Below are positions 16,892-26,917 of a stretch of DNA of 64,000 bases, one piece after another. Source of the stretch: Nitrospira sp. (GTDB lineage: Bacteria; Nitrospirota; Nitrospiria; Nitrospirales; Nitrospiraceae); the NCBI GenBank assembly GCA_047150005.1, contig AP038806.1, positions 3,328,001 through 3,392,000 on the forward strand. Direction: 5' to 3'. Each line of letters opens with the position of its first letter. Positions within the stretch are counted from its first letter, which is position 1. The notes beneath the pieces are model-generated. The model made no database searches. It was not told where the DNA came from and saw nothing but the letters and a program-made list of their open reading frames with translations. A program made the position numbers and the translations under genes.

Positions 16892-17542
16892 CTACTGACG
16901 CCGAGGCGATGCAGGTATCAGACTCTGTTTTACAGCGAACTGGTACAGTTCGGCGTTGCTCTTCACCTGAAACAGCTCCATGATCCGATACTTATGGAAC
17001 GCGACGGTGCGGGGAGTGACGTCGAGAATGTTCGCCGCTTCCTTCATCGAGTAGCCTTCGGCGAGAAGTTGGAGCACTTCACGCTGGCGCAGCGTCAGTC
17101 GGGTCGGCATCGACCGGCGGTCAGCCTCGACATCGGTCTCGACCATCCCGTCGGCTGCTCTGGAGCCGATGTAGGTCTTGCCGACCATCGCCGCGCGGAT
17201 GGCGTCGGACAATTCTGAGGCGGCAGAGCTCTTGAGGAGATACCCCGAGGCGCCGATGTGGAACGCCTCCATCGTGAGGTCCGGATCTTCGTTCATCGTG
17301 AGGAAGACGAGCTTGACCTCCGGCATCATGGTTTTCAACTGGCGCCCGGCGTCCAAGCCGTTGAGCAAGGGCATGCCGATGTCCAGGACGACGACGTCCG
17401 GACGGAGCGTTCGCGCCGTGAGCAGCAGCGTGCGGCCGTCACCCACGGATCCCACGACGTCGCACTCCGGTTCCAGCAACTTGGTGCAGGCCTCGACGAG
17501 GAGGCGGTGATCATCGGCGAAGAGGACTCGCGGCCGCTGCAT
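16892..17542 (-). CDS. NarL/LuxR-family response regulator
   Basis: Receiver (ADDH, LDIGMP) plus LTLRQREVLQLLAEG...TVAFHKYRIM HTH. Confidence 0.92.
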   Translation of the reverse strand: MQRPRVLFADDHRLLVEACTKLLEPECDVVGSVGDGRTLLLTARTLRPDVVVLDIGMPLLNGLDAGRQLKTMMPEVKLVFLTMNEDPDLTMEAFHIGASGYLLKSSAASELSDAIRAAMVGKTYIGSRAADGMVETDVEADRRSMPTRLTLRQREVLQLLAEGYSMKEAANILDVTPRTVAFHKYRIMELFQVKSNAELYQFAVKQSLIPASPRRQ

Positions 17543-17576
17543 GGCCAGTTCCTTTCCGTAGGCCGCCGGCCGACGG

Positions 17577-19091
17577 CTAGATTGCGATTTGAACGACGAT
17601 TCTGGTTCCCCGGGACGGGAACGACTCGACCGAGATCCGTCCGCCGGCCGTCCGCACCCGTTCCTGCATGCTGATCAGCCCCAACCGGCCTTTGGCCGCC
17701 ACCGCTCGAGGATCGAATCCTGCGCCTGTGTCCGAGACGCACAAATGCAACGCGCCCCGGTCTCCGATCAACTCGAGCTTCCCGTTCCGTACGCCGCTGT
17801 GTTTCACGAGATTGCTCAGCGCTTCTTGCGCGACCCGGAACAGACAGAGCGCGGCTTCCTTGGGGATCGCGCGGGGCACGTCACGGTGCAGACAGTCGAT
17901 GCGCACCGCATGCTGCTCCGACAACTCGCGACACAGTCCGTTGATGGCCGCCACCAGACCCAGGTGTTCGAGCTTCGCCGGATGGAGCCGATGCGACAGC
18001 CGATGGACGTCCGACGCGATTTCCTGCGTCAACTTGTGCAGACCTTCGACCTGTGCCGCCGGGTCGGCACCGGGCGACAGGTTCAGACGCTGCAGACCGA
18101 TGGCCAGCAGCGCCAGCCGCTGGTTCAAATTATCGTGCAACTCCCTGGCGATTCTGCGGCGCTCCTCCTCCTGTACGCCGAGGAGCCGGCCGGTCGTTTC
18201 CTTGAGCGACGCCTCGACGTGCTTGTAATCGGTCATATCGACCATGATGCCGATCAATTCCTTCGTCTGTGGCCCCTCCACAATCACGTGAATTGCATTG
18301 TGCAGCCACACGGTGGACCCTTCGGCTGTGACCATCCGGTAGTCCAGAGTCCGATGCCGCTTTTCCTCTATGGAGTGACGGCAGGAGGCCAAGACCCTCA
18401 ATTGATCGTCGGGATGAAGATGCGTCGCCCAAAAATCCTGTCGATACCATTGCTCGCGGGGATACCCGAGGATGGCCTCCGCCTGCTTGCTGACGAAGGT
18501 GAATCGAAGCGAGGCCGGCTCGGCTTTCCAGACGATCGCTTCCAGAGACTCGATCAGCGATCCGGAGTGCATGTCCGCCAGTTTGCGGGCTGTGATGTCG
18601 TGATGGGTGAGGACCGCTCCCCCTTCCTTTCGTCGGAGCGGGACGGCGGTCACGAAGAACCACTGCGGCCCGGACGGTGAAGGCCACATGTATTCAAATT
18701 CGAATGAGGTCGAGGTACCCGTGAGGATGTTCCGAACCCCGGCCAGGACCTGCGCATCCTGGTATGATCCGGTCCGCGCGGCTTCATGCCATCGATCAAG
18801 GCAATTCATGCCGGTCTCGACGGCGGTGTGAGGGCAGCCTTCATTGGAGCGGGTGAATTCCCGCCAAGCCTCGTTGACCGCGATGACGGTCCCCTGCTCG
18901 TCGAGTACGGCCAGGCGCTGCCCAAGGCTGGCGAGGATCGTCGAGGCCCATTCTTCGCCGGCTTGGCGGGCGGATCTGTCGTCACTGTCCCGAGCAGTAT
19001 CCGGCCGCGGACCGGGCTGCGTCGAGGGAAAACATGCCGAGCGATTGGCAGCGAGCGCTGCCGCTTGCCGGCGATATGCGGTGACGCCCAT
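17577..19091 (-). CDS. Cytoplasmic PAS-PAS HisKA_3 sensor histidine kinase (start uncertain)
   Basis: Two PAS domains, QEEERRRIARELHD, QEALSNLVKH, DTGAGF, GLISMQER; no transmembrane segment seen. Confidence 0.9.
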   Translation of the reverse strand: MGVTAYRRQAAALAANRSACFPSTQPGPRPDTARDSDDRSARQAGEEWASTILASLGQRLAVLDEQGTVIAVNEAWREFTRSNEGCPHTAVETGMNCLDRWHEAARTGSYQDAQVLAGVRNILTGTSTSFEFEYMWPSPSGPQWFFVTAVPLRRKEGGAVLTHHDITARKLADMHSGSLIESLEAIVWKAEPASLRFTFVSKQAEAILGYPREQWYRQDFWATHLHPDDQLRVLASCRHSIEEKRHRTLDYRMVTAEGSTVWLHNAIHVIVEGPQTKELIGIMVDMTDYKHVEASLKETTGRLLGVQEEERRRIARELHDNLNQRLALLAIGLQRLNLSPGADPAAQVEGLHKLTQEIASDVHRLSHRLHPAKLEHLGLVAAINGLCRELSEQHAVRIDCLHRDVPRAIPKEAALCLFRVAQEALSNLVKHSGVRNGKLELIGDRGALHLCVSDTGAGFDPRAVAAKGRLGLISMQERVRTAGGRISVESFPSRGTRIVVQIAI

Positions 19092-19243
19092 TGATCAACC
19101 CCCGTCGATCAACCCGTTCCCTTGCGCGGCGCCTCAGGTGGAATGAGGTGACACCAATGTGTCAGGGCAAGGTGAGGCCAAGCATGACCAACTCATGTCG
19201 GGCAGTCAAGAGAGAACCCGTAGGAATATTCTTCTTCCCCCTC

Positions 19244-19259
19244 CTGTCAGATTTGACAG
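19244..19259 (+). promoter_or_regulatory. CTGTCA-N4-TGACAG motif, copy 2
   Basis: CTGTCAGATTTGACAG, 23 nt upstream of TATAAA (19283). Confidence 0.6.
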
Positions 19260-19397
19260 TATTCCGCCGCCGACCACCCCTGTATAAAGTAGCCAAATAA
19301 TGTTGTAAATTTGGCTCTTGTCTGGGCTGGATGTTGCACAATGCCGACTCCTGTCGGCCAGGCAAGTGTGCCGACCGGTCCGGAGGATCTGCATATT

Positions 19398-20918
19398 ATG
19401 GAGGGGCGGAACGTGGAATCACAGGGGAACGCTTTCGGCATCGTGCGCATGGGTCGGGGACCGGGAAGACGCGTTGTGGAATGGCCGTTGAGCCTGCGCG
19501 GCATGGTGGTGGCGGCTGCATCCCTTGTCATCCTCGGGGGCCTGCCGGCCAAGGCCGACGACTATCTCGACATTCCCAAGCCGACCGACAAACTTGCGCC
19601 GCCGCCTCCTCCGCCGCAGGTCGGGGCGTCCGTCCTTTCTATCCCTGCCAAGGTATCGCTCCACGACTTGCTCGTCATCGCGGCGGATTCCTTTCCCGAA
19701 GTCATCGAGAACGAGGGGGAATGGCACGAGGGGCCGTCCATCGAAGGCCAGCCTCCCTTCCAGTGGCAGTACCGGCTCCATCGAGGCCCGGTTCAGGTGC
19801 AGGTCGAGAACAATGAATTGGAGATGCTGTTTCCCGACATCCGATATCGAATCGCCGTACGAGGCATCAAATCGAGCGGGGAGATCGAAGATTCCATCTG
19901 CGGATACAAGCCGGATGAGCCTCGACACATGAGCATGAAAGGCCGGTCGCACCTGCAATGGGCCGATGACTGGACGGTACGCTCGACCACGAAGTTCGAG
20001 GAGCCGGTTTTCCCGGATCCCTGTGCCTCGACGGCTGCGGGCGCCGACGTCAGCGCGATCGTGAAGACGACGGTGCAGTCGAGGCTTCCCGTGCTGAGCA
20101 AGAAGATCGACGACAGGATTCAGGAGGGCAGCCGGCAGCGCCGTGGAGTAGAAAAAGCCTGGCGAACGTTGCTGGCGCCGACCGAGCTGGCGCCGGAACT
20201 GTGGCTGAATTTGCGACCGGGAACCATCGAAGCCGGACCCATCATGGGAAACGAGGATCAGCAGGTCGTGGCTTCGCTCAATCTGCTGCTGGAGCCGATC
20301 GTCACAAGCGGGGCGATGCCGTCCGTCGGGGAGCGGCCCCTGCCTCCGCTCCAATTGGCGACCAGCGCGCCCGACGGCTTCCATCTCGCGATGCCGATGA
20401 TGGTGGACTATGACTGGATCAATGTCAGGGTCCGGCGGCAGCTCGTCGGACAGACGATCCCGATGAGGCTCGGCGACCCGGTCTCCATCACCTCCGCGCG
20501 GCTGTACGGCAGCGGAGCGAACCTGATTCTGGCTCTGGGGGTGACCGGAAGCGTGAAGGGGACGCTCTATGCCGCAGGGAAACCGGTGATCGACCCTTCC
20601 ACACACGTCCTCAAGTTCGACGGATTCGACTTCACCATGGATACGCGCAACATTCTCGTCCGCACGGCCAATTGGCTGCTGCGGGACCAAATCCTGGAGA
20701 CCATCGAGCCGCAGACCCGGGTCGACCTCTCCGAACAGATTGCCTCGATGCGTCGCGCGTTGGACAAGGTTCTGCATCGTGAAGTGCTGCCCGGAGGTTG
20801 GCTCAACGGGGCCGTGACCAAGGTCGAGCCGAAGGGCATCTATCCGATCGAGGGAGGAGTGGAAGCGCAGATCGTCGCCGACGGAACGATCGAGCTCTTG
20901 CTACCGCCGGCACGATGA
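19398..20918 (+). CDS. DUF4403-like exported protein
   Basis: Hydrophobic leader, P-rich linker, WLNLRP, GTLYAAGKP, DFTMDTRNILVRTANWL pattern; start uncertain. Confidence 0.65.
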   Translation: MEGRNVESQGNAFGIVRMGRGPGRRVVEWPLSLRGMVVAAASLVILGGLPAKADDYLDIPKPTDKLAPPPPPPQVGASVLSIPAKVSLHDLLVIAADSFPEVIENEGEWHEGPSIEGQPPFQWQYRLHRGPVQVQVENNELEMLFPDIRYRIAVRGIKSSGEIEDSICGYKPDEPRHMSMKGRSHLQWADDWTVRSTTKFEEPVFPDPCASTAAGADVSAIVKTTVQSRLPVLSKKIDDRIQEGSRQRRGVEKAWRTLLAPTELAPELWLNLRPGTIEAGPIMGNEDQQVVASLNLLLEPIVTSGAMPSVGERPLPPLQLATSAPDGFHLAMPMMVDYDWINVRVRRQLVGQTIPMRLGDPVSITSARLYGSGANLILALGVTGSVKGTLYAAGKPVIDPSTHVLKFDGFDFTMDTRNILVRTANWLLRDQILETIEPQTRVDLSEQIASMRRALDKVLHREVLPGGWLNGAVTKVEPKGIYPIEGGVEAQIVADGTIELLLPPAR

Positions 20919-20977
20919 GCCGTTGTCGCGGTCCAGCGGGTCTGGTACTCTTCCCCCCTCACAAAGGAGTCTCCTCC

Positions 20978-21376
20978 GTGATCTTCTCGAACGTGTCCGC
21001 CGTTGTGTTGGCGACGGCCTACGTCTTTTCGACGGCCACGGGACTGGCCGGTCAGGAAATGGAGCCGGATGTCGAGGCCTTGGCCTCGTCCGCGATCACG
21101 ATGAAGGAAGTGATCGGCTTCATCGCGGGGTTCGGGACCACCTTTGCGGCGGTACCGGACCTGATCGTCATGTTCAGGCGCCGGTCCACCGTTGGGATGA
21201 ATCCAACGATGGCGGCCATCATGGGCACGTTTCAATTCGTCTGGGTCTACTACGGGCTCCTGATCGCCTCCAGACCGGTCATCATGTGGAACGTCGTCGC
21301 GGTCGTGATCAATTTCATCATGGTCGGAGCCTACTACCATTTTCTCCGCGGCGAACGGGCGCAAGCCAAAGGGTGA
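20978..21376 (+). CDS. SemiSWEET (MtN3/PQ-loop) sugar transporter
   Basis: IGFIAGFGTTFAAVPD...RST...WVYYGLL...PVIMWNVV; RBS before GTG 20978. Confidence 0.75.
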   Translation: MIFSNVSAVVLATAYVFSTATGLAGQEMEPDVEALASSAITMKEVIGFIAGFGTTFAAVPDLIVMFRRRSTVGMNPTMAAIMGTFQFVWVYYGLLIASRPVIMWNVVAVVINFIMVGAYYHFLRGERAQAKG

Positions 21377-21385
21377 CGGAGGCGC

Positions 21386-23032
21386 ATGGCACTTTCTCCA
21401 TTGGCGGGCAAGCCGGCTCCCGGCGACATGTTGATCGATGTGGCCGAGCTCGAACGGCAGTATGAGGCACGCAGGCCAGACGTCGATGATGGTAACCAGT
21501 TGGTGAGTTTCGGCACCAGCGGACACCGCGGCTCGCCGTTGCGCGGTTCGTTCACTGAAGCCCACATTCTGGCCATCACCCAAGCCATCTGCGAATTTCG
21601 CCTGCGGCAGGGAACGGACGGGCCCCTGTTCATGGGGAAGGATACACATGCTCTGTCGATGCCGGCTGAACGCACCGCACTGGAAGTTCTCGCGGCCAAT
21701 CGGATCGAGACCGTCATCCAGCCTCAGGACGGAGTGACGCCGACCCCGGTCGTGTCGCGGGCGATTCTCTCGTACAATCGGAACCGCTCGGCCCATCTGG
21801 CCGACGGCATTGTCGTCACGCCATCACACAATCCCCCGCAGGACGGCGGATTCAAGTACAACCCTTCCACCGGTGGGCCGGCCGACACGGATGTCACCAC
21901 CTGGATTCAGGATCGGGCCAACGCCTTGCTTCGGGCCGGCAACGCGGACGTAAAGCGCATGCCGTTCGAACGGGCGATCAAGGCGACGACCACGCATCAG
22001 GAGGATTTCATCCTGCCGTATGTGCGGGACCTGAGCCATGTGCTGGACATGGAGGCGATCCACGGAGCCGGCATCCGGATCGGTGTGGATCCACTCGGTG
22101 GAGCCGGTGCTCCATATTGGGAGCCGATCGCCGCTCTCTACAAGCTGAACCTGACCGTGGTGAATCCGACGATCGACCCGACGTTCGGATTCATGAGTGT
22201 CGATCATGACGGCAAGATCAGAATGGACTGCTCGAGCCCCTATGCGATGGCGGGCTTGGTCGGGCTGAAAGATCGATATCGGATCGCGTTCGCCAATGAT
22301 CCGGACTCGGACCGTCACGGGATCGTGACGCCCGCAGCCGGCCTGCTGAATCCCAATCATTACCTGGCCGTGGCGATTCACTATCTGCTGACCCATCGCC
22401 CCTTGTGGAACGCGCAGGCCGGCGTGGGGAAGACGCTGGTCAGCAGCAGCCTGATCGACCGGGTGACCAAGCGGTTGGGCCGGCGGCTGTACGAAACTCC
22501 GGTCGGGTTCAAATGGTTCGTCTCCGGACTGTTCGACGGGTCCTGTTGTTTCGGCGGGGAAGAGAGCGCCGGGGCGAGCTTCCTCAGAAAGGACGGGACC
22601 GTGTGGACCACGGACAAGGATGGTTTGATCATGAACCTGCTTGCGGTCGAGATGACGGCCCGCACGGGCCGGGATCCGGGAGAACTCTACCGGGAATTGA
22701 CGAAGGAGTGCGGGGCCCCGAGCTATACGCGGATCGACGCCCCGGCCACGCCGGAGCAGAAAGCCAGGCTCGGCAAGCTTTCACCGGAGGCCGTGACGGC
22801 CACGATGCTGGCCGGCGAGCCGATCACGGCGAAACTGACCAGGGCCCCCGGCAACGATGCTCCGATTGGCGGCCTCAAGGTCGTCACCGACAACGGATGG
22901 TTCGCTGCGCGCCCGTCCGGGACGGAGCATATCTATAAGATCTACGCCGAAAGTTTTCGCGACGACCGCCATCTCGTCGCGATCGTGAATGACGCCCAAC
23001 AGATCGTGGACAGGGCGTTGGCGGCAGGCTGA
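21386..23032 (+). CDS. pgm: Phosphoglucomutase (alpha-D-glucose-1,6-bisphosphate dependent)
   Basis: [35 protein letters not shown]. Confidence 0.96.
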   Translation: MALSPLAGKPAPGDMLIDVAELERQYEARRPDVDDGNQLVSFGTSGHRGSPLRGSFTEAHILAITQAICEFRLRQGTDGPLFMGKDTHALSMPAERTALEVLAANRIETVIQPQDGVTPTPVVSRAILSYNRNRSAHLADGIVVTPSHNPPQDGGFKYNPSTGGPADTDVTTWIQDRANALLRAGNADVKRMPFERAIKATTTHQEDFILPYVRDLSHVLDMEAIHGAGIRIGVDPLGGAGAPYWEPIAALYKLNLTVVNPTIDPTFGFMSVDHDGKIRMDCSSPYAMAGLVGLKDRYRIAFANDPDSDRHGIVTPAAGLLNPNHYLAVAIHYLLTHRPLWNAQAGVGKTLVSSSLIDRVTKRLGRRLYETPVGFKWFVSGLFDGSCCFGGEESAGASFLRKDGTVWTTDKDGLIMNLLAVEMTARTGRDPGELYRELTKECGAPSYTRIDAPATPEQKARLGKLSPEAVTATMLAGEPITAKLTRAPGNDAPIGGLKVVTDNGWFAARPSGTEHIYKIYAESFRDDRHLVAIVNDAQQIVDRALAAG

Positions 23033-23104
23033 TCCGGAGCGGAGGTCGGAGATGGTGCGAGTCCGGAACGAATCGCAATGTCATAGAGAGGGAGAACCGG
23101 CGTC

Positions 23105-24748
23105 ATGGCGACTACGATCCCATCCTTGACCGCGCGCCCGACTTGGAAAGCTCTCGAGGCTCATCACCGGACGCTCCGCGATGTCCACCTCCGGACGTTG
23201 TTCGCGAACGATCCCGGACGGGGCGAGAATCTGACGGCCGAAGCGGCCGGAGTCTTTCTCGATTACTCCAAGAACCGCATCACCGGCGACACGCTCGAGC
23301 TGCTGGTTCGGCTGGCGGAAGAATGCGGCTTGCGCCGGCGGATCGAGGCCATGTTCCGCGGCGAGCGGATCAATGAAACCGAAGGCCGTGCCGTGCTGCA
23401 TGTGGCGCTGCGCATGCCCAAAGGCTCGTCCATCGTGTTGGACGGAGTGAACGTCGTGGCCCAGGTTCATGCCGTGCTGGACCGGATGGCCGGATTCTGC
23501 ACCGCCGTTCGGAGCGGGGCCTGGAAGGGGCACACGGGAAAACGCATCCGGGCCGTCGTCAACGTCGGTATCGGCGGCTCAGATCTGGGCCCGGTGATGG
23601 CTTATGAGGCGCTGCGGCATTACAGCGACCGGGACATGACCTTCCGGTTCGTCTCCAATATCGACGGCACGGACTTCGTCGAAGCGGTGCGTGATCTCGA
23701 TCCGGCACAGACGCTCTTCATCATCTCATCCAAGACCTTCACCACGTTGGAAACCATGACGAATGCGCATAGCGCCCGCGCCTGGCTGCTGGCCGGTCTG
23801 GGCGGTGACGCCAAGGCCGTCGCCAAACATTGCGTGGCGGTGTCGACCAATACGGCGGAGGTGTCGAAGTTCGGCATCGATCCGGCCAACATGTTTGAAT
23901 TCTGGGACTGGGTCGGAGGGCGGTACTCGATGGATTCGGCGATCGGTCTCTCGACCATGCTGGCCGTCGGCCCCGAGCAGTTCCACGCCATGCTCTCCGG
24001 GTTTCACCAGATGGACGAGCATTTCCGCACCGCGCCGTTCCGGCAGAATCTGCCGGTGTTGATGGGGTTGCTCGCGGTCTGGAACGGTAATTTCTTCGAT
24101 GCGGATACGGTGGCGGTACTGCCGTATGATCAGTATCTGAAGCGGTTTCCGGCGTATCTTCAACAGTTGACGATGGAGAGCAACGGCAAGCATGTGACGC
24201 TGGAGGGGGTCACGACGACGTACCAAACCGGCGCCGTCTACTGGGGCGAGCCGGGCACCAACGGGCAACACTCGTTCTACCAGTTGATCCATCAGGGGAC
24301 GAAGCTGATCCCCTGTGACTTCATCGCCTGCATGAAGCCGCTCAATCCGCTGGGACGGCACCATGATCTTCTGATCGCGAACGTGTTTGCACAAAGCGAG
24401 GCGCTGGCGTTCGGCAAGACCGCGGACGAGGTCCGGGCGGAAGGCACGCCCGACCGACTCGTGCCCCACCGGGTCTTCGAGGGAAACAGGCCCTCCAATA
24501 CGATTCTGCTGGAGCGACTGACTCCTGAGGCCCTGGGTAAGCTCGTGGCCTTGTACGAACATTCCGTTTTTACGCAAGGAGCGGTGTGGGGGATCAACTG
24601 TTTCGATCAGTGGGGCGTCGAACTCGGCAAAGCGCTGGCTCAGCGCATCGCCCCCGAATTGGAACGCTCGGAGGCACCGGCGCCTGCCCACGACAGCTCG
24701 ACCAACCATCTCATCCGTCGGTATCGAGCCGCGAAGACATCGGCGTAG
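23105..24748 (+). CDS. pgi: Glucose-6-phosphate isomerase
   Basis: [42 protein letters not shown]. Confidence 0.97.
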   Translation: MATTIPSLTARPTWKALEAHHRTLRDVHLRTLFANDPGRGENLTAEAAGVFLDYSKNRITGDTLELLVRLAEECGLRRRIEAMFRGERINETEGRAVLHVALRMPKGSSIVLDGVNVVAQVHAVLDRMAGFCTAVRSGAWKGHTGKRIRAVVNVGIGGSDLGPVMAYEALRHYSDRDMTFRFVSNIDGTDFVEAVRDLDPAQTLFIISSKTFTTLETMTNAHSARAWLLAGLGGDAKAVAKHCVAVSTNTAEVSKFGIDPANMFEFWDWVGGRYSMDSAIGLSTMLAVGPEQFHAMLSGFHQMDEHFRTAPFRQNLPVLMGLLAVWNGNFFDADTVAVLPYDQYLKRFPAYLQQLTMESNGKHVTLEGVTTTYQTGAVYWGEPGTNGQHSFYQLIHQGTKLIPCDFIACMKPLNPLGRHHDLLIANVFAQSEALAFGKTADEVRAEGTPDRLVPHRVFEGNRPSNTILLERLTPEALGKLVALYEHSVFTQGAVWGINCFDQWGVELGKALAQRIAPELERSEAPAPAHDSSTNHLIRRYRAAKTSA

Positions 24749-24757
24749 CGCGGAGAC

Positions 24758-25735
24758 ATGACGTTCTCGATGCGACCGAAAAGAGGCAAGCCGATCGAAC
24801 ACCCTGAGCGCGGCGGGATTGCCGTATGGACTCGAGGCGTGACCGCGATTCTGTGCGGCTCGATCCTCTTGCTCGGTCAGGCGCCGATCCGGGCGGAGGA
24901 CAGTGTTGTGGCGCCGGGAGCGATGCTGCAAAAACTGGCCGGCGACTTTGAATTCACGGAAGGGCCGACCTGCGATGCCGAGGGCAACGTCTTTTTCACC
25001 GATCAACCCAACGATCGAATCATGCGGTGGAACGCGGAAGGCGGTCTCTCGACTTTCCTGCAGCCGGCCGGGCGCGCCAACGGCATGTATTTCGACTTCA
25101 AGGGGAACCTCATCGCCTGTGCCGACGAGAAAAATGCGCTCTGGTCCATCGGTCCGGACCGTCAGGTCACGGTCATGCTCAGCGAGTATCGCGGAAAATC
25201 GCTCAACGGCCCGAACGATGTCTGGGTCCGTGCCGACGGGGCGCTCTATTTCACCGATCCGTTCTATCGTCGCCGCTGGTGGAAGCATGACAAGATGCCG
25301 CAGGACGGCCAGCACGTCTACTTTCTCTCAGCCGATCGCCAACAACTGGTGCGGGTGACGGACGATCTGCAGCAACCCAACGGCCTCATCGGGACGCCGG
25401 ACGGAAAAACGCTCTATGTGGCGGATATCGGCGCAGGCAAGACCTATCGATACGACATTGAGCAGGACGGGGGATTGAGCGGAAAGAGAGTAATCGCCGA
25501 GTACGGCTCCGACGGCATGACGTTGGATGAGGAAGGCCGTCTCTACCTGACCGGTGACGGCGTTCGGGTGCTGGACCGCGACGGGCGGCAGATCGAGCAG
25601 ATCGCGGTACCGGGCGAAGCCTGGACCGCAAACGTCGGCTTTTGCGGACGGGACCGGCGCACGTTGTTCATCACGGCGAGCAAAGGACTGTACGGGATCA
25701 AGCTGCGCGTCAGCGGGGCAAACGGAGCGAAGTGA
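24758..25735 (+). CDS. SMP-30/gluconolactonase family protein (signal-peptide-like leader)
   Basis: FTEGP, NGPND, YFTDP, PNGL, SDGMTLD. Confidence 0.88.
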   Translation: MTFSMRPKRGKPIEHPERGGIAVWTRGVTAILCGSILLLGQAPIRAEDSVVAPGAMLQKLAGDFEFTEGPTCDAEGNVFFTDQPNDRIMRWNAEGGLSTFLQPAGRANGMYFDFKGNLIACADEKNALWSIGPDRQVTVMLSEYRGKSLNGPNDVWVRADGALYFTDPFYRRRWWKHDKMPQDGQHVYFLSADRQQLVRVTDDLQQPNGLIGTPDGKTLYVADIGAGKTYRYDIEQDGGLSGKRVIAEYGSDGMTLDEEGRLYLTGDGVRVLDRDGRQIEQIAVPGEAWTANVGFCGRDRRTLFITASKGLYGIKLRVSGANGAK

Positions 25736-25784
25736 TGAACGCCACCGCCGGTCGGCAGGACGTCCATCGAATGAGTGATTGGTG

Positions 25785-26834
25785 ATGAAGGCCATCACGG
25801 TCGAACCATCGAAACCGGATTCCGCTCGGCTGCGGGACGTGCCGGAACCGGACGCACGGAACGGCTCGATGCTGGTGGAAGCCATTGCGGTCGGCGTCTG
25901 CGGCACGGATCTGGAGATCGTCCAGGGGAACTACGGTTGGGCGCCCTGCGGTGAGAGTCATTTGATTCTCGGGCACGAATCGCTGGGCCGCGTGTTGGAT
26001 CCAGGGCCGAGCGGGGCGTTCAAGGCGGGTGACTTGGCGGTCGGCATCGTCCGCCGACCCGATCCGGTACCTTGTCCCAACTGCGCCGCCGGAGAGTGGG
26101 ACATGTGCCGAAACGGCCGCTACACTGAGCGGGGCATCAAGGAAATCCACGGATTCATGTCCGAGCGCTGGAGAATCGAACCTGAGTACGCTATGAAGAT
26201 CGACGACTCGTTGGGCCTCCTCGGGGTCCTGCTCGAACCGACCACGGTGGTCACCAAGGCCTGGGAGCAGATCATGGCCGTAGGCAATCGCGCCTTTTGG
26301 GAACCCTGGATCGTGCTCGTGACAGGTGCCGGACCGATCGGCCTGCTGGCGGCGTTGCTCGGCAAGCAACATGGATTGGAAGTTCATGTGCTGGACCGGG
26401 CGCAATCCGGGCCCAAGCCCGATCTCGTCCGGAGCCTCGGCGCGGGCTATCACACGGGAAGCGTGCGCGAGCTGAGCTTCGAGCCTGACATCATCATCGA
26501 ATGCACCGGCGACGGCGAGGTCGTCTCAGACTCAATTTGCCAGGTGAAGGCGGGGGGTGTCGTCGGCCTGACCGGCGTGGGCGGCGGCGAGCAGATAGAC
26601 GGACTTTTCGGGGGTGATCTGGCGACCGAAGTGGTGTTGGGTAACAAAGTGATCGTCGGCTGCGTGAACGCCAACAAGCGCCATTGGTACAAGGCGAGCC
26701 AGGCGCTCGCCCGTGCGGATCGATCCTGGCTGTCGCGGCTGGTGACCAGGCGGGAGGAGCCGGAGAATTTCTCCCGCGCGTTGGAGAAGGAATCGACCGA
26801 CGTCAAGGTCGTGGTGCAGTTTTCGGATATCTAA
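25785..26834 (+). CDS. Zn-dependent (MDR) glucose 1-dehydrogenase
   Basis: GVCGTD, GHESLG, CPNC...C, YTERGIK, LLEP, GAGPIG, VNAN. Confidence 0.85.
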   Translation: MKAITVEPSKPDSARLRDVPEPDARNGSMLVEAIAVGVCGTDLEIVQGNYGWAPCGESHLILGHESLGRVLDPGPSGAFKAGDLAVGIVRRPDPVPCPNCAAGEWDMCRNGRYTERGIKEIHGFMSERWRIEPEYAMKIDDSLGLLGVLLEPTTVVTKAWEQIMAVGNRAFWEPWIVLVTGAGPIGLLAALLGKQHGLEVHVLDRAQSGPKPDLVRSLGAGYHTGSVRELSFEPDIIIECTGDGEVVSDSICQVKAGGVVGLTGVGGGEQIDGLFGGDLATEVVLGNKVIVGCVNANKRHWYKASQALARADRSWLSRLVTRREEPENFSRALEKESTDVKVVVQFSDI

Positions 26835-26917
26835 TATGGTTGCCGCGTTCGGACCGGTGCACATGTTGCGTCGGGGCGGGCGGGCAACCGAGGTTGACGG
26901 AGGAGGAGTATCGCAAC

